Source of the DNA: an uncultured delta proteobacterium
Lineage (GTDB): Bacteria > Desulfobacterota > Binatia > JACPRU01
DNA length: 64,000 nucleotides
Assembly (NCBI GenBank): GCA_963745025.1
Contig: CAVUWD010000010.1
Location: 1-64,000, forward strand
Direction: 5' to 3'
A program made the translations under genes and the position numbers. Each line of letters starts with the position of its first letter. Within the stretch, counting starts at the first letter, position 1. Under the pieces are notes generated by a model. It was not told the DNA's origin. It ran no database searches and saw nothing but the letters and a program-made list of their open reading frames with translations. Below are positions 41,721 to 54,235 of this stretch, piece after piece.

Positions 41721-43232
41721 ATGGCGATTCGAGCATCCGAGATCAGCGAAATCTTGAAGCAGCAGATCAAGGACTTCGACAGTCGAGTCGAAGTCCGGGA
41801 GACCGGGACCGTGCTCTCGACGGGCGACGGAATCGCACGCATCCACGGGCTCGACGGCGCCGCGGCGGGGGAGCTCCTGCAGTTTCCGCACGATCTCTAC
41901 GGCCTGGTGCTGAACCTCGAGGAGGACAACGTCGGAGCGGCGATCTTCGGTGAGGCCCAACTCGTTGCCGAAGGCGACGAAGTACGCCGCACCGGCAGAA
42001 TCGCCGAAGTGCCGGTCGGCGCCGAGATGCGCGGGCGCGTCGTGAACGCGCTCGGGCAGCCGATCGACGGCAAGGGCCCGGTCGCGTCGAAGGAGGCGCG
42101 CCGCATCGAGCTGAAAGCGCCGGGAATCGTCGCTCGGCTGCCGGTCAAACAGGCGCTGCAAACCGGCCTCAAGGCGATCGATGCCATGATCCCGATCGGT
42201 CGCGGCCAGCGCGAGCTCATCATCGGCGACCGGCAGACCGGAAAAACGGCGGTCGGCATCGATACGATCATCAATCAGAAGGGGGGCGACGTCACCTGCA
42301 TCTACGTCGCGATCGGCCAGAAACGCTCGACGGTGGCGCAGGTGGTCGACAGACTCACCCGGCAAGGCGCCATGGACTACACGATCGTGGTTGCGGCGAC
42401 GGCCTCCGAATCGGCGCCGCTGCAGTACATCGCGCCCTACACCGGATGCACCATCGGCGAGTATTTCCGCGACAATGGGCAGCACGCGCTCGTCATCTAT
42501 GATGATCTCTCGAAGCATGCGGTCGCCTACCGTCAGCTCTCGCTGCTCCTGCGCCGGCCGCCGGGACGCGAGGCATTCCCCGGCGACGTCTTCTATCTTC
42601 ACTCGCGCCTCCTCGAGCGCGCGGCGAAGATGAGCGACGCGCGCGGCGGCGGCTCGCTCACCGCGCTACCCATCATCGAGACGCAAGCCGGCGACGTATC
42701 CGCGTACATTCCGACCAACGTGATCTCGATCACCGATGGACAGATCTACCTCGAGACCGACCTCTTCTACTCCGGGGTGCGTCCCGCGGTGAACGTCGGC
42801 CTGTCGGTTTCGCGGGTTGGCGGGTCGGCGCAGGTCAAGGCGATGCGCCAGGTCGCCGGCTCGATGCGGCTGGACCTCGCGCAATTTCGCGAGATGGCCG
42901 CCTTCGCCCAGTTCGGCTCCGACCTCGATGCGACGACGCAAAAGATGCTGGCGCGCGGCTCGCGGCTCGTCGAGGTGCTGAAGCAGGGGCAGTACCGGCC
43001 GGTGCCGGTGGAGCGGCAGGTCGTCATCCTCTATGCGGCGACCAACGGCTACGTCGATCCGCTGCCGGTCGAGGCGGTCACCCGCTACGAGCGCGAGCTC
43101 GAGAGCTTCATGGAGAGCCAGCATCCGGAGATTTACCAAACGATCCTCGAGAAGCGCGAGCTCACCGACGAGCTGAAGCAGCAGCTGAACGCTGCGCTCG
43201 ACGAGTTCAAAGGCCGGTTCTCGGTCGAGTGA
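41721..43232 (+). CDS. atpA: ATP synthase F1 alpha
   Basis: [42 protein letters not shown]. Confidence 0.98.
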   Translation: MAIRASEISEILKQQIKDFDSRVEVRETGTVLSTGDGIARIHGLDGAAAGELLQFPHDLYGLVLNLEEDNVGAAIFGEAQLVAEGDEVRRTGRIAEVPVGAEMRGRVVNALGQPIDGKGPVASKEARRIELKAPGIVARLPVKQALQTGLKAIDAMIPIGRGQRELIIGDRQTGKTAVGIDTIINQKGGDVTCIYVAIGQKRSTVAQVVDRLTRQGAMDYTIVVAATASESAPLQYIAPYTGCTIGEYFRDNGQHALVIYDDLSKHAVAYRQLSLLLRRPPGREAFPGDVFYLHSRLLERAAKMSDARGGGSLTALPIIETQAGDVSAYIPTNVISITDGQIYLETDLFYSGVRPAVNVGLSVSRVGGSAQVKAMRQVAGSMRLDLAQFREMAAFAQFGSDLDATTQKMLARGSRLVEVLKQGQYRPVPVERQVVILYAATNGYVDPLPVEAVTRYERELESFMESQHPEIYQTILEKRELTDELKQQLNAALDEFKGRFSVE

Positions 43233-43253
43233 GCCAACTGCCCCCTGCCGCCC

Positions 43254-44117
43254 ATGCCGAGCCTCAAGGTCATACGCAAGCGCATTGCCTCGGTGCGCAA
43301 CACCCAGCAGATCACCAAGGCGATGAAGATGGTGTCCGCGGCAAAGCTCCGCCGTGCGCAGGAAGCCGCGGTCTCCACGCGTCCCTACGCCCAGAAGCTG
43401 ACCGAGTTGCTGCGAGGCGTGACCGGTGAGGTCACGGACGAGGCGCATCCACTGCTGCGCGCGGTCGAGTCGGAGGCGCGGGTCCATCTCGTGCTCATCA
43501 CCTCCGACCGGGGCCTCTGCGGCGCTTACAACGCGGCGTTGCTCCGCCAGGCGGAGGCTTACATCCGCCGCCAGGCGGGACGCGAAGTTTCACTGACGAT
43601 CATCGGCCGCAAGGGGGTGGAGTACTTCCGTCGCCGCTCCGTGCCGATTGCCGATCGCCACGTTCAGATCCCCGGGCCGTCGATCGGTCTCGCTCGCGAG
43701 ATCGCGGCGAAGGTCTCGGCCGAGTTTGCCGAGGGCCGTGCAGATCGGGTGGATCTACTCTATAGCGCCTTCCGCTCGGCGCTATCGCAGGTACCGACCC
43801 TCGAGACGCTGCTGCCGATTGCGATCGAGGCGAGGGCCCAGGACGCGCCGCCTGCGCTCGAGCACCTCATAGAGCCCGACCGCGCGTCGCTTCTCCATCG
43901 ACTGCTGCCGCAGTTCTTGGAGGTGCGAATCTACCGCGCCCTGCTCGAGGCGGCGGCGAGCGAGCTTGCCGCACGCGTGACCGCCATGGACAGCGCGACG
44001 AACAACGCCGAGAAGATGATCTTCAGCTTGACGCTCGTCATGAACCGGGCGCGGCAGGCGGCGATCACCAAGGAGCTCATGGAGATCGTGTCGGGCGCGG
44101 AGGCCCTGAAAGGATGA
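43254..44117 (+). CDS. atpG: ATP synthase F1 gamma
   Basis: ITKAMKMVSAAK, SDRGLCG, RQAAITKELMEIVSGA. Confidence 0.97.
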   Translation: MPSLKVIRKRIASVRNTQQITKAMKMVSAAKLRRAQEAAVSTRPYAQKLTELLRGVTGEVTDEAHPLLRAVESEARVHLVLITSDRGLCGAYNAALLRQAEAYIRRQAGREVSLTIIGRKGVEYFRRRSVPIADRHVQIPGPSIGLAREIAAKVSAEFAEGRADRVDLLYSAFRSALSQVPTLETLLPIAIEARAQDAPPALEHLIEPDRASLLHRLLPQFLEVRIYRALLEAAASELAARVTAMDSATNNAEKMIFSLTLVMNRARQAAITKELMEIVSGAEALKG

Positions 44118-44224
44118 GGACCTCGTGAGCGCCCGCCGCGTCGATTTCGTGCGTAAGGACGGTGGCGACGATGACGTCGCGCACGTGCATCGGAAGGGCG
44201 TAAATCTCGAAGGGGCGGCGCTGA

Positions 44225-45667
<1,443 letters not shown>

Positions 45668-45692
45668 GCGGTTTTTCGGGCGGAGAAGTGTC

Positions 45693-46100
45693 ATGGCCGA
45701 TACCCTCGAACTTCACCTGCTGACACCGCAGCGTGAGATCTGCGACGAGACGGTCTCGCAGGTCACTGCGCAGGGCGCGCTCGGGCAGTTCGGCGTGCTC
45801 CCCGACCACATCACGTTCCTGACCGCGCTGGAGCCTGGCCCGCTGACGTTCCAGAGAACCGCCGGCGGCGCAGAGACCCTGGCCGTCAAGGGCGGTTACG
45901 CCGAGGTTCGTGACAATGTCATGACCGTGCTTGCCGACGAAGCTCTTCCGCTCGAGCGGATCGACGCGGCTTCGGCGCAGGCCGATCTCGAGCGCGCGGA
46001 AGCCGAGCTCGAGGCGGCGCCGTTCGGTCATCCCGATCACGAGCGGCTGCGTCGGGAAGCTCGCTGGGCCGCCGTGCGGCTGGAGCTGGCGCGCCGTTAA
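45693..46100 (+). CDS. atpC: ATP synthase F1 epsilon
   Basis: LLTP, GQFGVLPDH, GGYAEV, VLADEA. Confidence 0.93.
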   Translation: MADTLELHLLTPQREICDETVSQVTAQGALGQFGVLPDHITFLTALEPGPLTFQRTAGGAETLAVKGGYAEVRDNVMTVLADEALPLERIDAASAQADLERAEAELEAAPFGHPDHERLRREARWAAVRLELARR

Positions 46101-46239
46101 GTGATCGGGCGAAAGGAGTCTTTTTTGCTGCCGCCCGGGATGTCCGTGCGAGACAGCGCGAGACAGCCGTCAGCTCCATCCGCACTACGCGAGCGGCCAC
46201 CTTGTTTGCCCGAGGCCAACCTGCTTAGCTCTGACCCCG

Positions 46240-47616
46240 ATGTTACGTCTGCGTCATTGGTTGGGTGTCTTGGCGGTGACTGAAATGCTGATGGTTCCAA
46301 ATCCAGTCGCGGGCGACGCGCAGTCGATCGTCGAGCGCGTTCGCGAGGCCACACTCGAGAACGGCCTGAAAGTGCTCGTGCTGCCGATCACCAAGGCGCC
46401 GGTCGTCACCTTGCAGATCTGGTATCGCGTCGGATCGCGCAACGAGAAGCTCGGCACCACCGGGCTTTCGCATCTTCTCGAGCACCTGATGTTCAAGGAG
46501 ACCGACAAGCTGAAACCCGAGGAATTCTCCAAGATCATCCAGGCAAACGGGGGTGAGCTCAACGCGTTCACCACGGCAGACTACACGACCTACTTCGAGA
46601 CGCTCTCGTCCGATCGCCTGGCGATCGCGTTAGATCTCGAGGCCGATCGCATGTTGAACCTGAAGCTCCGCGAGGAAACGACCGAGCCGGAGAAACGCGT
46701 CGTGATGGAAGAGCGACGACTACGCAGCGTCGACAACCCTTGGGGAGCGCTCTATGAGGAGACCAACGCCGCGGCGTTTCATGCCCATCCGTACATGTGG
46801 CCGGTGATCGGCTGGATGCACGACATCCAGGAGACGACGCTCGCCGACATTCGCGCCCATTACGAGACCTATTACCGCCCGAACAACGCGATCGCGGTTG
46901 TTGTCGGCAACGTCGACCCCGATCGTGCGATCGAGCAAGTGCGCCAGGCCTTCGGCCCCAACCGACCGGGCGCTGCTCCTCCAGTGGTGACCGAGGTCGA
47001 GCCGCCGCAGCTCGGAGAGCGGCGCGTGATCGTCAAGAAAGAAGCGAACCTGCCCGCGTTCGTGTGGGCGTACAAGGTGCCGAACGTAAAGAACCCCGAT
47101 AGCGCCGCGCTCGAGGTGTTGGCGGCGATCCTGTCCGAGGGAGAGAGCTCCAGGCTCTACCGGCGGCTGGTGATCGAGAAGCGACTGCTACTCGATGTCA
47201 ACGCCGACAATCCGTTGCTGTCTCTCGATCCGAACCTGTTCACGGTCTCGGGGCAATTGCTTCCGGACAAAAAGGTCGAGCAGGTCGAGGCGGCGGTCGA
47301 GAAGGAGATCTCGGCGATCGCGACGGAGCCCGTGTCCGTGCACGAGATCAGCAAGGCGAAGAACCAGATCGAAGCGCAGTTCGTGTTCGCCCAGGATTCG
47401 AACTTCTACCAGGCGATGTTGCTCGCACGCTTCGAGCTGATCGGCGACTGGCGCGGACTCGACGCGTACTTGCCGGCCGTTCGTAAGGTGACCGCCGAGG
47501 ACGTCCAACGCGTGGCGCGCCTGTATCTGGCGCCGGATCATCGCACCGCAGGGATTCTCGTTCCCACGGGGCCGGCGAAGCACGCCGCGGCGCCGCCCCC
47601 CGAGATGCTCCACTGA
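46240..47616 (+). CDS. M16B zinc peptidase, catalytic subunit
   Basis: LENGLKV, HLLEH (inverted zincin HxxEH), NAFTT.DYT.Y, EERR, YYRPNNA. Confidence 0.92.
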   Translation: MLRLRHWLGVLAVTEMLMVPNPVAGDAQSIVERVREATLENGLKVLVLPITKAPVVTLQIWYRVGSRNEKLGTTGLSHLLEHLMFKETDKLKPEEFSKIIQANGGELNAFTTADYTTYFETLSSDRLAIALDLEADRMLNLKLREETTEPEKRVVMEERRLRSVDNPWGALYEETNAAAFHAHPYMWPVIGWMHDIQETTLADIRAHYETYYRPNNAIAVVVGNVDPDRAIEQVRQAFGPNRPGAAPPVVTEVEPPQLGERRVIVKKEANLPAFVWAYKVPNVKNPDSAALEVLAAILSEGESSRLYRRLVIEKRLLLDVNADNPLLSLDPNLFTVSGQLLPDKKVEQVEAAVEKEISAIATEPVSVHEISKAKNQIEAQFVFAQDSNFYQAMLLARFELIGDWRGLDAYLPAVRKVTAEDVQRVARLYLAPDHRTAGILVPTGPAKHAAAPPPEMLH

Positions 47617-47620
47617 CCCA

Positions 47621-48964
47621 ATGCGCCGGACTCTCCTGATGGGCGCCACGCTTTTCTACGGAACGCTCTCGTTGGCCGAGCCGATTCCCGCTCGCGGCGC
47701 GAGCACGCCGCCGGTTGAGCGCGCCGTGCTGCCGAACGGGCTTCGCATCTTGGTCATCCGCCAGCCGCATCTCCCCCTGGTGGTTGTGAGCGCGCTGGTC
47801 GACGCGGGCGGCCGGTTCGACCCCGTCGGTAAGGAAGGTCTCGCCAGCTTGACCGCCAATCTCCTGACCGAGGGCACGGGGAAGCGGTCGGCGGCGGGGA
47901 TCCACGATGAGATCGATTTTCTCGGTGCCAAGCTGTCGGCCTCCGCCGGAGACGACTACGGGAGCGTTTCGCTGACCGTCCTGAAGAAGGATCTCGCCGA
48001 AGCCTTCGATCTGTTCAGCGACGTGCTGCTCCATCCCAAGTTCGCGAAGCCCGAGTTTGCGCGTAAGCGCCAGGAGGCGCTCGCCGAGCTCGAGGCCGCG
48101 GAGCAAAGTCCAGGTTCTGTCGCCGAGCGCGCGTTCCGCAAGGCGCTCTTCGGGGCCGGGCCATACCGCAGCGAACCGAGCGGGTGGAAGGAATCCGTCG
48201 CCAAGCTCGCCATCGGCGACGTCAAGGCGTTCTTCCAAGCCGCATATCAGCCGCAGCGCACGATCCTCGTCGCTTCGGGCGACGTGACGCTCGCCGAGAT
48301 GCGCGATTTGACCGATCGGCTACTCGGCGGATGGAAGGGCAGCGCGGCCGAGGCGAAGCTTCCCGAGGGTAGCTCGAAGACAACGGCAGATCTGATCCGC
48401 ATCAATCGCGACCTCACGCAAGCGAACGTCGTCTTTGGCCACCTCGGCACGACGCGGGACGATCCCGACTGGTACGCGATCCAGGTCATGAATTACATCC
48501 TCGGCGGCGGCGGCTTCTCGTCGCGTATGATGAACTCCATCCGCATCGAAGCGGGCCTCGTTTACTCGGTCTTCAGCTACTTCGTGCCGGGCAAGCTGCC
48601 GGGCTCCTTCGAAGTCGTGCTGCAGACCAAGAGCGCGACGACCGCCGAAGCGCTGCGGCGCGTGCGCGAGGAGATCGAGCGCATGCGCTCGCGCCCCGTC
48701 TCGGACGAGGAGCTCGCGTCGGCGAAGAAGTACCTGACGGGGAGCTTCCCCTTGCGCTTCGATTCCGACGCCGAGATGGTCGGCTTCTACTCGCAGGTCG
48801 AATACTACGGCCTCGGCCTCGATTACCCCGATCGCTACGACGGACTCATCAACGCGATCACCAAGGACGACATCTTGCGCGTCGCCAAGAAGTATCTTCA
48901 CCCCGATGAAGCGATCGTCGTGATCGTCGGCAAGCAAGCCGACATCCAGTTGCCCGAGAAGTAA
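47621..48964 (+). CDS. M16B peptidase, non-catalytic partner subunit
   Basis: LPNGL, no HxxEH (SLTAN instead), ILGGGGFSSR...IR..GLVY (R/Y pair). Confidence 0.88.
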   Translation: MRRTLLMGATLFYGTLSLAEPIPARGASTPPVERAVLPNGLRILVIRQPHLPLVVVSALVDAGGRFDPVGKEGLASLTANLLTEGTGKRSAAGIHDEIDFLGAKLSASAGDDYGSVSLTVLKKDLAEAFDLFSDVLLHPKFAKPEFARKRQEALAELEAAEQSPGSVAERAFRKALFGAGPYRSEPSGWKESVAKLAIGDVKAFFQAAYQPQRTILVASGDVTLAEMRDLTDRLLGGWKGSAAEAKLPEGSSKTTADLIRINRDLTQANVVFGHLGTTRDDPDWYAIQVMNYILGGGGFSSRMMNSIRIEAGLVYSVFSYFVPGKLPGSFEVVLQTKSATTAEALRRVREEIERMRSRPVSDEELASAKKYLTGSFPLRFDSDAEMVGFYSQVEYYGLGLDYPDRYDGLINAITKDDILRVAKKYLHPDEAIVVIVGKQADIQLPEK

Positions 48965-49068
48965 CCCCGGCTGAGCTGCGCACCCCTCTGACGGCAATCG
49001 ACGGGCAGAACGAACCCTTCGCGACGAGTCTATTTCTCACCTCTCCGGCTCTGCCTATAATCGGGCGC

Positions 49069-50073
49069 GTGATCAAGGAGGGTACGTTAACCGTGAACAG
49101 GCCGCCACGCCGGATCCACGTCGTGAGCCATGGCCCGCATTGTCTCGACGGCGTGGCCGCGGCGGTGGCGATCGCCCGGTACCATTCCGGAACCGACGTG
49201 CGATCGCATTTTTCCGGCAACCCGAAGATCAACGAGGTGATCCGAGGCCTGGAGATCGACGACCCACTCGACGATCAGGAGCTTTGGATCACCGACATCT
49301 CGTGGACTTCGCCCGAGACCGATGCGTTCCTGCGGCGACTGGCGAGCCGAGGGCTCAAGATCTTCTGGATCGACCATCACCGCACGGCGATCGAGCGTGT
49401 CAAGGACGGGACGATCGACGTTCCGTTCGCTCACCAGATCGTCGACGATCGCTTTGCCGCGTCGCGGCTCGTGTTCGACTACCTGAGCGAGCGGCTGCGC
49501 GCCGAAGGGCGAAGGAACCCCGCTTTCGAGCGCTTCGCGCACGTCGTGCGCATGGCTGACGACAACGACCGCTGGCTGCACGAGGTGCCCGGCTCCTGGG
49601 AGCTCGCGCTCACGCTTCGCTCGATGAACGGCCCCGAGGCGTTCGAGGACCTGCTGACGATCGACGAGCGCGCCACCTACACGCCGCGGATGGCGGCGGC
49701 GCACGAACGGGTCGCCGCCGAGATCAAGCGGAGCTTCGAGATCGCCGAAGGGAGCCGCACGTTCGCCGCGCTCTCGAGCGGCGTCCAGGTCGTTGCTGCG
49801 GTCTGCGACGGCTATCCGAGCGAGATCGCGGACCGCTGGGGGCGCCAAACGGCAAACGCGGTCTTCGTGCTCTTCGACTTGAAGAGCGGCGCGATCAGCT
49901 ATCGACGCTCCCCCGATTGCGCGATCGATCTTTCCGCGGTAGCCGCCGCATTCGGCGGCGGCGGCCATCCGGCGGCCGCGGGATGCGAGATCCCGGAGCT
50001 TCTCACGCTCCTCTCCCGCGCCGCCGGCGAGCGCGTCGCGGAAGTCGTCAAGCGGCTCGGCGCCAAGGGCTAG
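49069..50073 (+). CDS. DHH/DHHA1 phosphoesterase (nanoRNase-like)
   Basis: HCLDG, ITD, IDHHRTA, GGGGHPAAAG; TATAAT at 49056; alternative GTG start at 49093. Confidence 0.85.
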   Translation: MIKEGTLTVNRPPRRIHVVSHGPHCLDGVAAAVAIARYHSGTDVRSHFSGNPKINEVIRGLEIDDPLDDQELWITDISWTSPETDAFLRRLASRGLKIFWIDHHRTAIERVKDGTIDVPFAHQIVDDRFAASRLVFDYLSERLRAEGRRNPAFERFAHVVRMADDNDRWLHEVPGSWELALTLRSMNGPEAFEDLLTIDERATYTPRMAAAHERVAAEIKRSFEIAEGSRTFAALSSGVQVVAAVCDGYPSEIADRWGRQTANAVFVLFDLKSGAISYRRSPDCAIDLSAVAAAFGGGGHPAAAGCEIPELLTLLSRAAGERVAEVVKRLGAKG

Positions 50074-50082
50074 TACGGTAGA

Positions 50083-52326
50083 ATGCGCGGCCGGAGACGG
50101 GATCGCGACCAACGGGAGCGATCCGAGACGTACGCTTCCCCGTTGTCGCGCGCCGGACTCCGCCCCGAGCTCGCTCTGGCGGTCGTCTTTCTCGCGCTGT
50201 GGATCCTTCCCCCGTTTTGGGGGATCGTTACGCTCAGGGCGGTCAACGTCCAGGACGACATCTTCGCCAGCGATCTCTGGAACGATCGTCTGCCGGCGCG
50301 CGCCTTCGTTGGCGCGAGCCTCGGGCGCGGTGAGAGCCCCGCGTGGATGCCCGGCATCTATACCGGCTTTCCGAGCCTCGCTCAGGTCGAAGTCGGGACG
50401 CTCTATCCGTCGAACCTGCTGCTCTTCGGTTTGCTTCCGCCCTATGCCGCGATTGCCTGGGCGCAGATTCTGCCGCTGGCGATCGCCGGGATCGGCATGT
50501 TTCTGCTCGCGACCGAGCTCGGCTTGCCGCTCGAGGCCCGCTTGCTCACGGCCGGGGCCTTCTCGCTGTCGGGATTCTTGGTTGCGCATCTGCGCCAGCT
50601 CAACATGGTCGACGCGTCTGCGTGGATTCCGTTCGTTCTCCTCGCTGCCGAGCGAATTGCCACGCGGCGGCCGGGACGAGTGCTCGTCTGGCTCTCCGCC
50701 GTGTGGGCGCTCGAGCTTCTCGCGGGTCACCCGCAGATCGCCTACTTCACGGGCTTCGTCACCGCCGCCTACTTCGCCGTGCGCTGGTGGCAGGAGCGGC
50801 CGAGAGCTCGATGGTCGAGCTGGGCCGGCCTCGTGGTGGCGATCGGTCTCGGCACGCTCATCGCCGCCGCCCAGATCGTTCCGGCCATCGAGCTTTCCCG
50901 GCTCACCTATCGCGAGGGGGGGTTGCGGTTCGAGGAGGCGGCAAGATACGCGGTCTCTCCGCTGAACGTGTGGACCTTCTTCGTCCCGGGTCTGTTCGGC
51001 GACGCGCGGGACGACAGCTTCCGCCTATCGGGACTCTACTGGGAGCAGTACGGTTACGTAGGGTTCTTACCGGCGGTGCTCGCGGTCGTGGGGCTGGTGG
51101 TCAAACGGCGGAGCCCGCACGTCCCTCTGATCGGCGCGATCACTGCCCTCAGCTACCTGCTCGTGCTCGGCAAGAACACGCCGGTCTTTGCATGGGTGTT
51201 CGCCATCGTTCCGGGCATGGGCTATTTCCGGTTTCCCACGCGCTTCCTCGTCTTCGTCGAGATCGGCATTTGCCTGCTCGCGGGATTCGGCCTCGCCGCA
51301 TGCCTCGAGGCGTTCGCGGGGCTGCGGCGGTCGCTCGCGGCGGCGGTGGTGATCGCCGTCACCGCCGCTGATCTCTGGACGCATCAGATGCGCCAGGTTC
51401 CGCAGATCGAATGGCGGCGATGGCTCGCGCCGATCGATACCGTACGCATTCTCACCGACGCGCGGCGCGTGACCCCCGAGCCCTGGCGCTACTACGCGCT
51501 GGACGCCTCCCTCGTCCACGCGGAGATGTATCACGCGGCGCACGGATGGAGCGGCGACCTCACTCCCTACCTGCAGCTCCGGGCGCTCCTTCAGCCGAGC
51601 TTCAACCTCCTCTTCGGATTGGAAGCGCCGGATGGGTACGCAAACCTCGTCCCGCGCGACTACGAAGCGATCTGGGGGTCTGAGAAGAAGACCGGCATCC
51701 GCTCGACGCGGCATCTCGAGACCGGCGAGCTCGAGCCCGAGATCGCGAAGATGCTTCGCCTCTTCAACGTGCGCTACGTGCTGTCGATCATGCCGCTGCG
51801 CTCGGCCGCACTGCGGAGCATCGGACGGTCTGCCGAAGGAGTGGAGGTCTACGAGGTCCGCGATCCGCAACCGAGAGCCTTCGTGGTGGGAGCGGCGGTG
51901 TACGCGGCGACCGACGCAGAAGTACTGCGCCTGCTGACGGCACCGGACTTCGACACCGAGCGGCAGGCCGTCGTCGAAGTGGCCGGTCTTCGCCTGCCGG
52001 CAGACGCAGGTTCGTCGACGAACGTCCAGGTTGTCGATCGGGGGAACACGGAGCTCATTCTTCACGCCTTGCTCGCGCGGCCTGGCCTGCTGGTCGTCTC
52101 CGAGGGCTACTATCCGGGCTGGCAAGCGGAGGTCGACGGCGTCGCCACGCCGATCGTACCGACCAACGGGATGATGCGCGGCGTGGTTGTCCCCGCAGGG
52201 GAGCACCAAATCGTCTTTCGGTTCCGCTCGCGGCCGATCGCAGCGGGGTTCCTGGTGTCGGGTCTCGCCATCGTCGTGACGATCGCCGCTCGGCGCCGGC
52301 TGACGATCACACGAACATTTTCTTGA
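50083..52326 (+). CDS. YfhO family membrane glycosyltransferase-like protein
   Basis: W.P....G.P, LYP, FRFPTRF, NVRYV and LVVSEGYYPGWQAEVDG...GEHQIVFRF. Confidence 0.8.
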   Translation: MRGRRRDRDQRERSETYASPLSRAGLRPELALAVVFLALWILPPFWGIVTLRAVNVQDDIFASDLWNDRLPARAFVGASLGRGESPAWMPGIYTGFPSLAQVEVGTLYPSNLLLFGLLPPYAAIAWAQILPLAIAGIGMFLLATELGLPLEARLLTAGAFSLSGFLVAHLRQLNMVDASAWIPFVLLAAERIATRRPGRVLVWLSAVWALELLAGHPQIAYFTGFVTAAYFAVRWWQERPRARWSSWAGLVVAIGLGTLIAAAQIVPAIELSRLTYREGGLRFEEAARYAVSPLNVWTFFVPGLFGDARDDSFRLSGLYWEQYGYVGFLPAVLAVVGLVVKRRSPHVPLIGAITALSYLLVLGKNTPVFAWVFAIVPGMGYFRFPTRFLVFVEIGICLLAGFGLAACLEAFAGLRRSLAAAVVIAVTAADLWTHQMRQVPQIEWRRWLAPIDTVRILTDARRVTPEPWRYYALDASLVHAEMYHAAHGWSGDLTPYLQLRALLQPSFNLLFGLEAPDGYANLVPRDYEAIWGSEKKTGIRSTRHLETGELEPEIAKMLRLFNVRYVLSIMPLRSAALRSIGRSAEGVEVYEVRDPQPRAFVVGAAVYAATDAEVLRLLTAPDFDTERQAVVEVAGLRLPADAGSSTNVQVVDRGNTELILHALLARPGLLVVSEGYYPGWQAEVDGVATPIVPTNGMMRGVVVPAGEHQIVFRFRSRPIAAGFLVSGLAIVVTIAARRRLTITRTFS

Positions 52327-54151
52327 TCGCCTCGATCTCCCGCGCGAGAAACGGCACTGCGACGGACCATTCCGCGACGAGCCCGAAGTCGGATTGCTGG
52401 AAGATCGGCGCCTTCGGGTTCTTGTTGATGGCCACGATCGTTCCCGCCTTGCGCAGGCCGACCATGTGCTCGAACGCTCCGCGGACGCCGATTGCGACGT
52501 AGAGCCGAGGCGAGATCGCTCGTCCCGTGAGACCGACCTGGTGTTGCCTCGGCAGCCAGCCGGCGTCGGCGACGTCGCGGGTGGCGGCGATTGCGGCTCC
52601 GCCCAGGGCTGCAGCGAGCGGTTCGAGTTGCTCGAGATTCTCGACCCCTCCGAGCCCCATGCCGACGCCGATCGCCGTCTCACACTCATCCAAAGCGGCG
52701 GCTCGCTCGACGCCCGGCGCGATCCGGGACTCGGTCACCAGCGTACGGATCGCCGGGGCCTCGGTGATGCGGAGCTCCTCGACGATCGGCGTGCGCCCCG
52801 GGTCTCGGGGGATCGGCTCCAGCATGCCGGGGCGCACGGTCGCCATCTCCGGCAGCGTGCTCGACAGGATCGGTGCAACGATGTTTCCCCCGAAGGCAGG
52901 CTTCCACTGAACGAGGCGGCCCTCGTCGTCGAGCGACAAGTCGACCGCATCTCCGGTGAGGCCGAGACCGAGCCGGGCGGCGATGCGAGGGGCGAAGTCT
53001 CGCCCGAGCGCGGTCGAGGGCACGAGCACCGAGCGCGGCTGCCGTTCGCGGATCGCCCGGGCGAGCACGGCGGCGTAGGCATCGGTGGAATAGTCTGCGA
53101 GCAGCGGATCATCACAAACGATGATGCTCTCGGCTCCGTGTTCAGCGAGCTCCCGGGCGTGCGCACGGACGCCGTGGCCGAGCAGCAGCGCCGACACACG
53201 GCCGCCGCTTTTCGCGGAAAGCGCGACCGCCTTGCCGAGGAGCTCGAGGCTGACTCGCCGCAGCCGCCCGTCGAGCACCTCGGCGACTACCCAGATCGAT
53301 CTCGAGGAATCCGTGGTCCCCTTGGGCGCTCGCGCAGCACCTGCCGCATTCCCCATGGCGCGCGGCCGAAAAACTCCCCGCTCGGCCAAGGCGGCGACCA
53401 CGCTCCGCACGGCCTCGGCGACGTCGCCTTCGCATAGCCGCGCCTCGCGCTTTACCTCGACCGACTGGAGGCCTTCGACCCGCGTCGGCGAGCCGGCGAC
53501 TCCGAAAAGCTGCCGGTCCTCGGAGAGGTCCCGGGCGGCCAGCTCCGTGATCGGTTTGGTCTTCGCCGCTTCCTTCTCGGCGCGCTTCGGGAAGCGTTCG
53601 GGGGCGATGTCCTCGGTGACGCTTACCAGCGCCGGCAGTTGACATTCGACCGCCTCGAATCCCGCGTCGGTTTCACGCTCGGCCTTCACTCGCCCGCGGC
53701 TGGCGTCCAGATCGAGCCGGCGGACGGCCGTCACCTGCGGCAGGTCGAGGATCTCCGCGATCTCGGGTCCGACCTGGCCGGTTTCGGCGTCCACGCTCGA
53801 CTTGCCGCAGAGCACCAGATCGAATCCCTCGCGACGGAGGGCGAGCGCGAGCGCACGGGCGGTTGCGAGAGTGTCCGATCCGGCAAACGCGGGATCGACG
53901 AGGTGAACCCCGCGGTCGGCGCCGAGCGCCAGGCAGTGAACGAGCGCCTCGCGCGCCTGCGGCGGGCCCATCGTCAGCACCACCACTTCTCCGCGGGTCA
54001 GCGCACGAAGCTCCAGAGCGCGCAGAAGCGCACGGACGTCGAACGAGCTGACTTCGAGACGCACCCCCTCACGACGCAGGCGGCGGGTCTCCGGGTCGAA
54101 CTGCATCTGCGAAACGTCGGGAACCTGCTTGATCAAGACGGCATACTTCAT
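52307..54151 (-). CDS. Fused electron transfer flavoprotein beta-alpha
   Basis: ETF-beta (KQVPD, TMGP, GADRG, GSDTLATA, DAETGQVGP) in frame with ETF-alpha (APRIAARLG, PAFGGN, QVGLTG, GAFEHMVG, AINKNPKAPIF); SD AGGAGG. Confidence 0.92.
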   Translation of the reverse strand: MKYAVLIKQVPDVSQMQFDPETRRLRREGVRLEVSSFDVRALLRALELRALTRGEVVVLTMGPPQAREALVHCLALGADRGVHLVDPAFAGSDTLATARALALALRREGFDLVLCGKSSVDAETGQVGPEIAEILDLPQVTAVRRLDLDASRGRVKAERETDAGFEAVECQLPALVSVTEDIAPERFPKRAEKEAAKTKPITELAARDLSEDRQLFGVAGSPTRVEGLQSVEVKREARLCEGDVAEAVRSVVAALAERGVFRPRAMGNAAGAARAPKGTTDSSRSIWVVAEVLDGRLRRVSLELLGKAVALSAKSGGRVSALLLGHGVRAHARELAEHGAESIIVCDDPLLADYSTDAYAAVLARAIRERQPRSVLVPSTALGRDFAPRIAARLGLGLTGDAVDLSLDDEGRLVQWKPAFGGNIVAPILSSTLPEMATVRPGMLEPIPRDPGRTPIVEELRITEAPAIRTLVTESRIAPGVERAAALDECETAIGVGMGLGGVENLEQLEPLAAALGGAAIAATRDVADAGWLPRQHQVGLTGRAISPRLYVAIGVRGAFEHMVGLRKAGTIVAINKNPKAPIFQQSDFGLVAEWSVAVPFLAREIEAIKKMFV

Positions 54152-54235
54152 GGCTTTCCGCCTCCTATGCGAAGCCGCCGGTGTGGGCAAGATTCCGCCT
54201 CGACCGGCGGCGCCATCGCTGCTAGACGACGGATC

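Noticed and set aside
46105-46215. Imperfect inverted repeat after atpC
   Set aside because: Short, gapped match (TCGGGCGAAAGG vs CCTTGTTTGCCCGA) that could arise by chance
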